Below, one piece after another: positions 48,241 through 58,234 of a stretch of 64,000 nucleotides of DNA. Position 1 is the first letter of the stretch. The number at the start of each line of letters is the position of its first letter. The translations under genes were made by a program, and so were the position numbers. The DNA is from Dehalococcoidia bacterium. Lineage in GTDB: Bacteria; Chloroflexota; Dehalococcoidia; SpSt-223. Under the pieces are notes generated by a model. The model made no database searches and had not been told where the DNA came from. It saw only the letters and a list, made by a program, of their open reading frames with translations. The DNA lies in contig JANWZD010000002.1 of NCBI GenBank assembly GCA_025054935.1, positions 172,145-236,144 of the forward strand, written 5' to 3'.

Positions 48241-49254
48241 ATGGCGATCGCGATGGGGATCGGGATGTCGGGCGACGGCGTGACCGGCCGCCGGCTGGTC
48301 GAGCTCGGACGCCGGATGGACGAGGCCGGCATGGATGCCATCTGGCTTGGGGAAGTGCTGTATGACATCTTCACCGTCTACGGCGCGCTCTCCCAAGTGA
48401 CGCGGCGGCTGCGGCTTGGTGTCTCCGTTGCGACGTGGGCGCGGACGCCGCCCCTGATGAGCGTCTCCGCCTCGACGCTCGATGCCCTCGCGCCCGGGCG
48501 GATGATCCTCGGCCTCGGGACGATGCCGAAGTTTCGCAACGAGCAGCATCACGGCATCTCCTACCATCGGCCCGTCGCCCGAATGCGCGAGTACCTGACG
48601 CTGATGCGGCTGCTGTGGAAGGCCGTGCCGGGCTCGCCGCTCGACTTCGAGGGCGAGTTCTATACCATCCGCCGCTACGAGCGCTGGAGCGCGCCCGAGT
48701 CGCCCGACCTGAAGGTCTATCTCGGGGCGGTCGGGCCGAAGATGCTGGAACTGGCGGGGGAGCTGGCCGACGGCGTCATCCTTCATCCGGTTCACTCCTA
48801 CCGCTCCTACGCCGAGCTGACCCTCCCCGCTCTGCGCCGCGGCCTCGCCAAGCGCGACCCGAGCCTCGGCCCATTTGAGGTCGTCGGCTCGTTCGAATGC
48901 TCGATCGACGATGATCCCCGCCGCGCGATCGCGCGCGCCCGCAACGGGATCATGTTCTACTTCCGGACGCCCTACATCACGCCGGTGATGGAACTGCACG
49001 GCTTCGTCGAGGAGCAGGCGGCCATTCGTGCCGCGCTCGAAGCGGGCGACCTCGCCAAGGCGGCGCGGATGGTGACCGACGAGATGGTGAAGGTGCTCGC
49101 CATCGCCGGAACAGCCGACGAGGTGCGCGCCGAGGTCGCCCGCTATGAGGGCATGGTCGATGCCGCTGCCCTCGCTGTGCCGACGGCCGGCCTTCCGCCG
49201 GATGAGGTGTGGGAGCAGTACGAGCGTGTTATGCAGACGTTCGGCGCTTCCTGA
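48241..49254 (+). CDS. luciferase-like monooxygenase (LLM class, probably F420-dependent) oxidoreductase
   Basis: LLM TIM-barrel motifs (AIWLGEVLYD; RLRLGVSVATWARTPP; GLGTMPKFRNEQHHGISYHRPVARMREYL). Starts 3 nt after the VOC gene. Confidence 0.8.
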   Translation: MAIAMGIGMSGDGVTGRRLVELGRRMDEAGMDAIWLGEVLYDIFTVYGALSQVTRRLRLGVSVATWARTPPLMSVSASTLDALAPGRMILGLGTMPKFRNEQHHGISYHRPVARMREYLTLMRLLWKAVPGSPLDFEGEFYTIRRYERWSAPESPDLKVYLGAVGPKMLELAGELADGVILHPVHSYRSYAELTLPALRRGLAKRDPSLGPFEVVGSFECSIDDDPRRAIARARNGIMFYFRTPYITPVMELHGFVEEQAAIRAALEAGDLAKAARMVTDEMVKVLAIAGTADEVRAEVARYEGMVDAAALAVPTAGLPPDEVWEQYERVMQTFGAS

Positions 49255-49264
49255 ACCCTCGTCC

Positions 49265-52200
49265 TTATTCCCGGACCTCGAAGCGCGCGCTGCCGCTTCG
49301 GCCCCACACCTCCGGGAAGTACATCAAGCTTGCCCGCGCCGGCGGGACGACGAAGTCGCCGGCCGTCGTCACGCGGACGAGGTAGGAGAACTGGTAGGTT
49401 CCCCGCGGTAGAGCGCGCGCGAAAAGGGCGACCCGGTCATCGCGGATATCGATATGCGAGAAGCGCCAGGCCGATCGCCCGCCTCCTCGCTCGAAGATAC
49501 TCGCCGTCGCAAGGTCGGGGTTCACGGCCTCGGCGCCGGCGAACAACGGGTCGTCCACCACCACGTAGTCGAGGTCGCTCGGGGCGATGATGGTCAGCTG
49601 GACGCGAATGAGGTCGCCGACCCTCGCAGAACGGATCGGGCTTGTGCTGGTCGGGTCAGCGGGCAGGTACTCGCGGGTGATTGCAATCCCCTCCGCGCGC
49701 GGCTCGGCCTGCTCCCCAAGGCGGAAGGTGCGGAGCGACGCCGTGTAATAGAGCCGTCCCGCGGCGCTCGGTAGGCCGCTCGCCTCCCGCTCGAGCACGA
49801 GCCGGTTCGGCGCGTCGAGCAGCAGGTCGCGCACGGGGACAACGAGTGTGCGCGCGCCCGGCGTGTCCTGGGTGACGCGGCCGCTCGCGAGTGCTCGGCC
49901 GTTGAGGGAGACGCGATAGCGATAATCGGGCGACGGCAGAGCAGAGCGAACAGCATAGACAGCAAGCGCGTTCAGCGCGGCGGCGGTGTCGAAGGTGGTG
50001 CCCCACCAGCCGTCGCGCCGCTCGATCATCAGCCAGCGCACGGCCGGGTCAATGAGCGGGCTTTGCGGGTCAGCGGCGAGGAGGGCTTGCAGGACGACTG
50101 CCGTCGATCGGCTCGTTCCGCCGAGTCTGCGTCGGTCGCCGGGGTCGTTCCAGTGGACTCCGGTCGCGCTCCACGTGGCGGTGCCGACAAGTTCGTTCAG
50201 CAGGGTCGCAGTGCGGGCGTCGCCGCGGTCGCCGTTCGCCCGGAAGATGGCGAGGAGGAGGGACGCCTTGGCCCAGTCGGCGAGGGCAGCCCGCCGCTCG
50301 AATAGGGCGTTGAGCGCTCCGGTCGAAGGCCGCCCCGCTTCGGCGAGGACGAAGAGGGCATAGGCGCGGGCGTTGGCATCGTCGGGACTGCCGACGTCGA
50401 CAGGACGCTGCAGCTGCTGCGTCACGGCATCGAGGCCGCGCGCAAGGCTGCTTTCATCGACTGCGTAGCCGGCCTTCTGCGCCCTGATGAGGCCAAAGAC
50501 GGCGTAGGCGGTGAGGAAGGGCTGGCTTGGGTCGCCGCGGAACCAGCCCCAGCCGCCGTCGGTCCGCTGCGCCAGCGCAAGCCGCTGGAGGGCAGCAATA
50601 TTCTGGTCCGCAATCCGGCTGACGAGCTCCGGCGTCAGCGTTCCCGTCGCGCTCAGGACGCGCAGGTAGTCGAGCGAGGAGAGTAGCCGCGAGACGGTTA
50701 CCTCGGTCGGCTCCCACGGGAAGGCGCTCAGTTCGCGGAAGCCGGTTTCTAGGCCGGCGGTGAGTGAGGGAGCGAGTTCGACCGTCAGTTCGCCGAGATT
50801 GGGGTTGACGGGGCTCGGCACCCGGACCGTTTCGACCACTTGGGCGGCGACTTGCCCGCTAGAGGCGACGACCTCGGCGGTCGCGAGCGGATTGACCGGC
50901 AGCGCAATTTCGACGGCGTCGCCGGGGGGGCTGGTCCCGCCGGTGTCGGCGCGGAAACGGAGACGCGCCTCGCCCGGCTGGCCGGCGCTCACCTCCCAGC
51001 GGGCGCTTGCCGTCCCGCGCGCCGGGACGCTCAGCCGCGGCGCCGCGAAGCCGCCAGCCGGCGAGGCGAGATTGCTCACCTCAAGGGTGGCGGTAACCTC
51101 CAGCGGCCGGTCGGTCAGGTTCTGGACGATCGCGCCGACTGTCGCCCGATCGCCGCTGGTCAGGAAGCGCGGCACCACCGGCCGCACGAGGAGGTCCTTC
51201 GTGCTGACGATGTCATGGGTCGCTTGACCGAACTGGGAGTCGCGCGTCACCGCCTTGACAGTCAGCCGCCACGTTGTCAGATTGTCCGGAAGCATGACAT
51301 CGAATGTCGCCTCGCCGTTGCGGTCGGTGACAAGACGGGGGCTCCAGAAGGCGGTATCGGCAAAGCGCGAGCGCACCTCGCGGATCGCGCCGCCGCCTCC
51401 CTTGCCGGCGGCGCGTGAGGCGATGTCGAGGCGGGTCTGCGATGCCGCTAATGTCGCGGCAGTGACGACGCCGAGTCCGCGCTCGCGGTAGAAGCGATCA
51501 AACAGCCACGTCGGCGGCTCGTCGTCGGCGAGCGACAGGACAGCGCGGTCGACGACCGCCGCCGAGAGCTGCGCCTGCACCGGCCGTCCGGCGGCATCGG
51601 TCGCCTTCACCCGGTAGCGGACGGTCTCGCCGGGCTGGTAGCGCGCCTTGTCGCTGCGGATCTCGAGCGTGAGCAGTTTCGCCGAGGCATCCACCCGAAG
51701 ATTGGCGTAGCCGAGCTTGTAGGAAGGCGGCCCCTGGGCGCTGTCGCCGGCAAAGGCGACGACCGAGACGAAAACGTTCGGCAGGTAGTCGGGCTCGACG
51801 GGGATGTCGAGAACGGGGCTGCTGGATGTCAGCGTGACGACGCGGGAGGAGCGCACGCCTTGGCGCTCGATGGTGAGGAGCGCGGTTGAGGTCGCGAACG
51901 GGGTCGGCACGAGCAGCTTCGCGGTCTCGCCCGGCGCGTAGACCGGCTTGTCGAGGACGAGGTCCATCCGGTCGTTGCTCTCCAGCCCCCAGTTGACGAA
52001 CTCGGTTCCGGCAACCCAGAGGAAGGCGACCGTTCGTACCTCGTTGCCGAGTTCATCGCGGCCCGTCGCTTGGATGCGGTAGAGGCCAGGGCGCGGAGGC
52101 GTGAACGCCGCTTGGGCGCGGCCGTTCCTGTCCGTTGTCAGAGTGCGCGCTGCGCCTGGCACCGGCGTGTCCTCGAAGGTCGTGACCCAGACGAGGTCAC

Positions 52201-55057
52201 CCTCGGGCGTGCGCTCCTGCACCGAGTAGTAGCGCCGAGCGGCGAGGTCGAGCGTGAGCGGCACGCTCGGACGCGGCCGCACGTCGATACCGACCGTTGC
52301 GATGTCCCACGTCGCTGTCTCGCCGCTGCGCACGAGGCGCGTCGGGCTGCGCACGCCGATGTAGAAAGCCCCTTTGTGAGCGATGATCTCTGCCCGCCCG
52401 CTGATCTGCTGGGCGCTCTCGTCGCTGACCGACGCCTCGACCGTCAGCAGCCGGCTGCCCTGAAAGCGGTCGAGATCAGCGCGAAAGGCGATGTCGACGC
52501 GGCCTTGGCGGTCGAGTGTCCCGAGGCCGGACGCGAGCGCCTCCGGCCCGCTGCCGACCGGCGGCGGCCGGAGATCGACGACGCCGTAGGTAAAGCCGGT
52601 CCAGTCGGTCCCCGTCGGGCCGCGGAAGATGTAGGGGTCGCTGGCAACGCGCCACGTCACGCGGCCGCCGGCAACCGGCGCTCCGAAGAAGTACTCCGCG
52701 GCGACGGTGACGCTGACCGTCTGGTGGGCGACCACCTGCTCCTCTTGCGGCCGCACTTCGACCTGGAACTCAGGACGACGATACTCTGCCACTTGGAAGC
52801 CGGCCCACGCGGAGAAGTCGGTCGCGGGGTCTCGGAGCGTGATCGACCAATCGCCGGTCGCGGCATTCTCCGAGAGCGGGATCTGGCCGGAGAAGGTGCC
52901 GAAGTCGTCGAGGATGACTGTCTGCGAGAGGACGGAGCGGCCGGTCGGGTCGGTGACTGCCAGCTGGAAAGACGACAGCGCTGTCGGCAGGCTGTAGGCG
53001 CCGTCGTCATCGCGCCGGACGATCCCTTTGAAATAGACAATCTGGCCGGCGCGATAGACCGGGCGGTCGGTGAAGATCGCCGCGCGGTACGGCGAGAGCG
53101 GCAGCTCCCCCTCGATCCCGAATTGCCACGGCTCGATCCCGTCTGACCAGCTGGCCGAGACGACCGATGGCCCGTCCGGCTCGTCGAGAAGCACCCAGAG
53201 ATTGGGCGGCGGCCCCCCCGGGAGGGGAAAGCGGGCGACGCCGTCGGCGCCGGTACGGACTGGCTGGGGCATCGGGAGGGGCTGGGTTGGACCGAAGAAT
53301 GCCTGCACCGGCGCGTTCGCGACCGGTTGGGCCGTCGCCGGGTCGGTCGCCCAGAGCAGCGCCTCGTTCGCGCCGAGCTTCACGGTGAGGGCGCGCCGCG
53401 AGACAGCGAGCAGCTGGGAGTCGCGCACTCCCGCGCCCTCGGCGGTGAGGAAATAGAAGCCGGGCCCAAGCGGCTGGCCGCCGACCGTGAGCGTCTGCGT
53501 GACGACCCGCGTCGCATTCAGTTCCCCGCGCGTATCGACGGTCCATTCGCCGGCAAGCTGGCCCGGCGGCGCGGCCGGATTGTTCCCGCCCGGCCTCGAA
53601 GAGGCAAGGTCGAGATAGGTCCGCTGATCGAGCCGGTAGAGCCGAAGGGTCGCCGACGGGACATTGACAGCCTCGAGCGCGCCCAGCAGCGGTGTCCCGG
53701 CGAGCACTGTCGTCGTCTCGGCAGTGCTGAGGAAGGTGAGCCGCGGCGGGGTCGTCGCGGTGGTAAAAGCGATCCGCTGCGGCGTGCCAATCGCTCTGCC
53801 GAGCCGGTCCCGCGCGTCCGGTCCGACAACGACGCTGTAGGCGGTCGACGGCTGGAGCCGGAAGAAGAAGGTCAGGCGCGTGTTCGACTCGGTCCACGAG
53901 GAGAAAACCTGCGTTGGCGCGGGCACGATCGTCAGGTTCGCCGCCACCGAGGCGGGATCCATCGGCTGATTGAAGGTGAGCGAGAGCTGGGTTGTCGGCG
54001 CGGCGGTGGCGCCGTCGGCAGGGGTCGACGCGACAAGGCGCGGCGGCCCGACGGTCTGGAACGTCCACCGGAACGGCTCGGGTGAGGGGAGCGGCCCGTC
54101 GCTGCCCCGGAGGCCGGCGGCAAGCTGTGCCGCGTAGGTGACATCGGCGGCAAGGGGCTGCGCCGGCACGAACGCAACGCGGCGGTCGCTCTCCCACCGG
54201 AACGTGCCGGCAACAGGCTGATCCGTCGGCCCCGTGAGGCGGAACGCCGCTTCCACGCTCGCGCGGTCCATCGGCTGGTTGAAGACGAGGGTCAGTTCTT
54301 GGGTCGTGGGGACGAAGCGGCTGTTCGCGGTCGGCGTGAACTCGGCGAGTGCCGGCCGAATGGTGCTGAAGGTGGAGCGGACATCGCTCGCCAGCCGGCC
54401 TCCGGTGACATCCTCGACATCGCGGCGAAGAGTGACGGTGTAGACCGACGCGGGACGGAAGCCGTCGCGGCTTTGGAAGCGGTAGACGCTCGGGCTGATC
54501 CAGCGTCCGGTTCCTAGGAGCGACGGCGTGATGACGAGCGGGTCGGGGGTGCTGCTGGCGCCGAGCGCGACGACTGGCCGGTTGAAGGCGACTGTAATCG
54601 CCGCATCGAGCGGAACGTCGAGGGCGCCGTCGAACGGAAAGAAGGCAACAGGAACGAGGTCGCCGGCGGTGGTGAACTCGGCCGAGAACGGCTCGCGCAG
54701 CGGCAGAGCGGCGGCGCTCCGCGCGGTTGTGCCGAGGGTGACGGTGTAGGTGGTATTCCGCGCCAATGGGCGGGACGGCGCGAAACGGACAGTATCGCCG
54801 CTCCACTCGAAGCGGCCGTCGACAGCCGGCTGGAGCTGGAACGCCCGTTCGACCGAGGCGCGGTCCATCGCGGTGTTGAAGGAGATGACGATGGTCGCGG
54901 TGGGCGGGACCTCGCGCTGCTGCTCCGGCTCGTAGGCGATGACCGCCGGAGCGACTGGCGCACGGCGAAGAAGGAGCAGCGTCGCGACGGTGCCCCCTGC
55001 CAGAACGAGGAGGGCGAGGAGGATACCGGCGATGGCGATCCAGAAGCGCGCGCTCAT
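49265..55057 (-). CDS. alpha-2-macroglobulin family protein (1930 aa), N-terminal TM anchor, tandem Ig-like repeats, MG domains; no cysteine, so thioester-less
   Basis: N-terminal anchor (FWIAIAGILLALLVLAGG) and at least four SbsA-type Ig-like repeats (...FNTAMDRASVERAFQLQP..., ...FNQPMDRASVEAAFRLTGP..., ...FNQPMDPASVAANLTIVP...). A2M MG/bait region (REVRSRFADTAFWSPRLVTDRNGEATF...TTWRLTVKAVT), alpha-helical TED-like region and receptor-binding-like C-terminus. The position equivalent to CxEQ reads SAFPWEPTE. The gene is immediately downstream of pbpC. Confidence 0.85.
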   Translation of the reverse strand: MSARFWIAIAGILLALLVLAGGTVATLLLLRRAPVAPAVIAYEPEQQREVPPTATIVISFNTAMDRASVERAFQLQPAVDGRFEWSGDTVRFAPSRPLARNTTYTVTLGTTARSAAALPLREPFSAEFTTAGDLVPVAFFPFDGALDVPLDAAITVAFNRPVVALGASSTPDPLVITPSLLGTGRWISPSVYRFQSRDGFRPASVYTVTLRRDVEDVTGGRLASDVRSTFSTIRPALAEFTPTANSRFVPTTQELTLVFNQPMDRASVEAAFRLTGPTDQPVAGTFRWESDRRVAFVPAQPLAADVTYAAQLAAGLRGSDGPLPSPEPFRWTFQTVGPPRLVASTPADGATAAPTTQLSLTFNQPMDPASVAANLTIVPAPTQVFSSWTESNTRLTFFFRLQPSTAYSVVVGPDARDRLGRAIGTPQRIAFTTATTPPRLTFLSTAETTTVLAGTPLLGALEAVNVPSATLRLYRLDQRTYLDLASSRPGGNNPAAPPGQLAGEWTVDTRGELNATRVVTQTLTVGGQPLGPGFYFLTAEGAGVRDSQLLAVSRRALTVKLGANEALLWATDPATAQPVANAPVQAFFGPTQPLPMPQPVRTGADGVARFPLPGGPPPNLWVLLDEPDGPSVVSASWSDGIEPWQFGIEGELPLSPYRAAIFTDRPVYRAGQIVYFKGIVRRDDDGAYSLPTALSSFQLAVTDPTGRSVLSQTVILDDFGTFSGQIPLSENAATGDWSITLRDPATDFSAWAGFQVAEYRRPEFQVEVRPQEEQVVAHQTVSVTVAAEYFFGAPVAGGRVTWRVASDPYIFRGPTGTDWTGFTYGVVDLRPPPVGSGPEALASGLGTLDRQGRVDIAFRADLDRFQGSRLLTVEASVSDESAQQISGRAEIIAHKGAFYIGVRSPTRLVRSGETATWDIATVGIDVRPRPSVPLTLDLAARRYYSVQERTPEGDLVWVTTFEDTPVPGAARTLTTDRNGRAQAAFTPPRPGLYRIQATGRDELGNEVRTVAFLWVAGTEFVNWGLESNDRMDLVLDKPVYAPGETAKLLVPTPFATSTALLTIERQGVRSSRVVTLTSSSPVLDIPVEPDYLPNVFVSVVAFAGDSAQGPPSYKLGYANLRVDASAKLLTLEIRSDKARYQPGETVRYRVKATDAAGRPVQAQLSAAVVDRAVLSLADDEPPTWLFDRFYRERGLGVVTAATLAASQTRLDIASRAAGKGGGGAIREVRSRFADTAFWSPRLVTDRNGEATFDVMLPDNLTTWRLTVKAVTRDSQFGQATHDIVSTKDLLVRPVVPRFLTSGDRATVGAIVQNLTDRPLEVTATLEVSNLASPAGGFAAPRLSVPARGTASARWEVSAGQPGEARLRFRADTGGTSPPGDAVEIALPVNPLATAEVVASSGQVAAQVVETVRVPSPVNPNLGELTVELAPSLTAGLETGFRELSAFPWEPTEVTVSRLLSSLDYLRVLSATGTLTPELVSRIADQNIAALQRLALAQRTDGGWGWFRGDPSQPFLTAYAVFGLIRAQKAGYAVDESSLARGLDAVTQQLQRPVDVGSPDDANARAYALFVLAEAGRPSTGALNALFERRAALADWAKASLLLAIFRANGDRGDARTATLLNELVGTATWSATGVHWNDPGDRRRLGGTSRSTAVVLQALLAADPQSPLIDPAVRWLMIERRDGWWGTTFDTAAALNALAVYAVRSALPSPDYRYRVSLNGRALASGRVTQDTPGARTLVVPVRDLLLDAPNRLVLEREASGLPSAAGRLYYTASLRTFRLGEQAEPRAEGIAITREYLPADPTSTSPIRSARVGDLIRVQLTIIAPSDLDYVVVDDPLFAGAEAVNPDLATASIFERGGGRSAWRFSHIDIRDDRVALFARALPRGTYQFSYLVRVTTAGDFVVPPARASLMYFPEVWGRSGSARFEVRE

Positions 55058-55071
55058 GGCTCGTCTCCCTC

Positions 55072-57468
55072 TTATCTTCCGTCGACCCGAATGCGCCGCT
55101 CATCGGCAGCTACTTCGCTGCCGTCGCGGAGGAGGGCGGCTCGGACGACATGCTCGCCCGGCTCGAGCGTCCACCATCCTTCAGCGGCTCCGAGCGGAGC
55201 GATCGGGATGCCGTTCACGGTGAGGAGAACAGCGCCGCCGGCGGCGGCAGCCCGGACGCGCAGCCGCTGCATCGCCGTCGGCAGCCGCGGCGAGATGACC
55301 AGTTCGGCGCCGTCGTCGGGCGCGACGAGCCGGACGAACCGAGGTGCCTCGTCGCGCTGACCGGTGAGACAGCTCTCAGTCGGCGGCAGGGGGATGCCGC
55401 GCTCCTGCGCCCACGCGAGCGCCGGTGGCGGGACGATCCAGAACAGGCGCTCGCTGACCGGTCCGCGGCAGCCCGGCTCCCACAGCCGGCCGGTCGCGCT
55501 GTCGATCCGGAGGCGCTGGTAGCTCGTCGACGGCTCGCTCGGCTCGCGGCCGGCGAGAAACGGCTCAAGGACGACCCGCGGGCAGTCGGGCGCAGCGCGC
55601 TTGCCGTCCACCTCGCAGACTGCAGCCCAAACAATCCCCGCCGGGACGGGAAATGCCTGCGCCGGCTCGCCGCGCAGCGCCTCGCTGATGAAGTCGCGCC
55701 AGATCGGGGCCGCCCCGGAGATACCGCTCACCTCGCGCATCGGCCGGCCGTCGCTGTTGCCGACCCAGACGCCGACCACCAGCTGCGGCGTGAAGCCGAT
55801 CGTCCAGTTGTCGCGGAAGCGGCTGGTCGTGCCTGTCTTCACGCCGGCCGGACGGGAGAGCGTCAGCGGATTGTTCATGCCGAAGGACAGTTCGCGGGCG
55901 CGGGGGTCGCTCAGCACGTGGGCGACAAGGTAGGCGATTTCCGGGGCGAGCACCTGCCGCGGCGGCGGCCGCTCGATCGCAACGAGCGTCTGCCCTGCGC
56001 TCGATTCGATCCGCAGCAGGTCAGCCGGGGGAGAGAGAAGCCCGCCGTTTGCAAACGCAGCGTACGCTGCCGTCAGGTCGAGCAGCGTCACCTCGCCGCC
56101 GCCGAGGGTGAGGGCGAGGTCGTAGCGGTCAGCGTCGTGCCATGTCGAGATCCCAAGCCGCTGCCCCATCTCGACCAGCGCCGAAACGCCGATCCGGTCG
56201 AGCAGCTGGACGGCAACGACGTTGATCGAGGCGCCGAGCGCGGTCCGGAGGGATATCGGGCCATGATAGTCGTGGTCGTAATTGACGGGGACGAAGGGCT
56301 CGCCGCGGCGGGTTGTGAACGTCGAGCGGACGTCAAAGAACACATCGGCCGGCGCATAGCCGCGCTCGAAGGCGGCAGCGTAGGTGAGCGGCTTGATCGC
56401 CGAGCCGGGCTGGCGCGGTGAGACGGCGACATTCACTTGGCCGTCGATCGCGGGGTTGAAGTAGTCGGCCGAGCCGGCAAGCGCGAGGATGTCCCCCGTT
56501 CGCGGGTCGATGGCGATGAGGGCAGCGTTGGTGACGTCGTGGTTGGCGAGGCGGGCGAGATGGCGCGCGATCGTCCGTTCGGCAAGCTGCTGCAGGCCGG
56601 CGTCGAGCGTCGTGATCACGCGGCTGCCGCCGTGCTGAGCGGCAAGCGCGAGCGCCCGCTCGCGTGTCCCGACCACAAAGTGCGGCGCAACGACCGGCGG
56701 CGCTGACGGCCGAAGCTCGAGCGGTTCGGCGGCGGCGCGTTCCGCCTCGTCCCGGCTGAGCATGCCGCGCCGTGTCATCAGCGTGAGCACGGTCTGGCGC
56801 CGCTCGAGCGCAAGCGCTGGGTCGTCGCGCGGGTCGTATCGCGCGGGGGCTTGGAGCAAGCCAGTGAGAAGAGCCGCTTGGCTGACCGAGAGATCGGACG
56901 CGGCGACGCCGAAGTACGCCCGGCTTGCGGCGTCGATCCCGACGGCGCGAGCGCCGTAGGGGGCGCGGTTGAGGTAGAGGCGGAGGATCTCGTCTTTCGG
57001 GAAGTGGCGGGCGATCTGGAGCGCGAGGGCCAGTTCCCGCGCCTTGCGCCGCAGCGGGGGGTGGGCGAGCGGGTCGTCGCGGAGCAAGGCCTGCCGTGCC
57101 AGCTGCATTTCGATCGTGCTCCCGCCCGACGGCTCGCCGCGCAGCGACTGACCTGCCGCCCGGAGGAGCGCCACGAGATCAACGCCGGGATGCTGGAAGA
57201 AGCGGTGATCTTCGGTCGCGAGGGTCGCCGCCACGACGCTCGGCGCAATTTCATCACGCCTGACCGGCCGGACGCTCCCAACCTCGGTCTCGATCTCGTA
57301 GAGCAGGCGCCCGTTGCGGTCGAGGATGAGGATGGACGCGGGCGGGTCCGCGAGCATGACGGGCGAGGGCAACTCGGCCAGTGCCCAGCGGAAGGCCGCG
57401 ACAGCCGCGACCCCGACGATCGCGAGGGCGAGACCAGGGTGCTGCCATGCTCGCATTGATGCTGACAA
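55072..57468 (-). CDS. pbpC: penicillin-binding protein 1C (bifunctional GT51 transglycosylase / transpeptidase)
   Basis: TM anchor, GT51 motifs (ATLATEDHRFFQHPGVD; GGSTIEMQLAR), transpeptidase SxxK/SxN/KTG context (GSAIKP; KTGTT), and a PbpC-type C-terminal beta-domain. 14 nt upstream of the A2M gene on the same strand. Confidence 0.9.
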   Translation of the reverse strand: MSASMRAWQHPGLALAIVGVAAVAAFRWALAELPSPVMLADPPASILILDRNGRLLYEIETEVGSVRPVRRDEIAPSVVAATLATEDHRFFQHPGVDLVALLRAAGQSLRGEPSGGSTIEMQLARQALLRDDPLAHPPLRRKARELALALQIARHFPKDEILRLYLNRAPYGARAVGIDAASRAYFGVAASDLSVSQAALLTGLLQAPARYDPRDDPALALERRQTVLTLMTRRGMLSRDEAERAAAEPLELRPSAPPVVAPHFVVGTRERALALAAQHGGSRVITTLDAGLQQLAERTIARHLARLANHDVTNAALIAIDPRTGDILALAGSADYFNPAIDGQVNVAVSPRQPGSAIKPLTYAAAFERGYAPADVFFDVRSTFTTRRGEPFVPVNYDHDYHGPISLRTALGASINVVAVQLLDRIGVSALVEMGQRLGISTWHDADRYDLALTLGGGEVTLLDLTAAYAAFANGGLLSPPADLLRIESSAGQTLVAIERPPPRQVLAPEIAYLVAHVLSDPRARELSFGMNNPLTLSRPAGVKTGTTSRFRDNWTIGFTPQLVVGVWVGNSDGRPMREVSGISGAAPIWRDFISEALRGEPAQAFPVPAGIVWAAVCEVDGKRAAPDCPRVVLEPFLAGREPSEPSTSYQRLRIDSATGRLWEPGCRGPVSERLFWIVPPPALAWAQERGIPLPPTESCLTGQRDEAPRFVRLVAPDDGAELVISPRLPTAMQRLRVRAAAAGGAVLLTVNGIPIAPLGAAEGWWTLEPGEHVVRAALLRDGSEVAADERRIRVDGR

Positions 57469-57586
57469 CCTCGATCAGTCTAACGCCCGCCGGCGCTTGA
57501 CGGTGCAGGAGATTACCCCCGTTCCGATGGCGACGGCAGGACGGTCCTGCTACGATGCAGACAAGAAGACGGAGGGAAGCACGGCG

Positions 57587-58189
57587 ATGGTGCTGAGCGA
57601 CAAACGCATTCTCGAAGAGCTGGAAAAGGGGAATATCGTCATCGAACCGTTCGACCGCCGCCAGCTGGGGACAAACTCCTACGATGTCCGGCTAGGGGAG
57701 TGGTACTACGAGCCGAACCGCAACCTGATGGTCGTCGACTTCTTTGACGAGGAGTCTGTCCGGGCGTTCTGGGGCGAGCCGAAGCGGGCGAAAGACGGGA
57801 TCATTACTATCCGCGCCGGCGACACGATCCTCGCTCACACCCAAGAGGTGGTCGGCGCGCGCAACGGGTTCACGACCTCGATGCGCTGCCGCTCCAGCAT
57901 CGGACGGTCCGCGCTCTCGGTCTGCAAGTGCGCCGGCCTCGGCGATGTCGGCTATATCGCTCGCTGGACGATGGAGATCACCAATCATAGCCAGTCCAAC
58001 ATTCGCCTCCCTGTCGGCGCCCGCATCGCCCAGATCATGTTCTACGAGGTCGGCCCGACCCTGACTGAATACCGCGGGAAATACGGCCAGTCGGAATGGA
58101 CGCCGGAAGAGATGCTGCCGCGCCTCTACCGCGATTGGGATGTCGAACTGTTTCACCCCGCTTTCTCGATGAACGGAGCGCGATCGTGA
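57587..58189 (+). CDS. dcd: dCTP deaminase (dUTPase superfamily)
   Basis: MVLSDKRILEELEKGNIVIEPF...SYDVRLG..., 200 aa. ATG 57587 is preceded by GGAGGG; the track ORF N-terminal extension is discarded. Confidence 0.85.
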   Translation: MVLSDKRILEELEKGNIVIEPFDRRQLGTNSYDVRLGEWYYEPNRNLMVVDFFDEESVRAFWGEPKRAKDGIITIRAGDTILAHTQEVVGARNGFTTSMRCRSSIGRSALSVCKCAGLGDVGYIARWTMEITNHSQSNIRLPVGARIAQIMFYEVGPTLTEYRGKYGQSEWTPEEMLPRLYRDWDVELFHPAFSMNGARS

Positions 58190-58234
58190 TCCGCCTCATT
58201 GCGGCCGCCCAGATGCCGGCTCCTGCGCGGCAGT

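Noticed and set aside
53007-55103. 698-aa minus-strand ORF in an alternative frame spanning the A2M/pbpC junction
   Set aside because: Same strand but different frame from two well-supported genes; the product is essentially poly-Arg/Pro/Gly and crosses a gene boundary.
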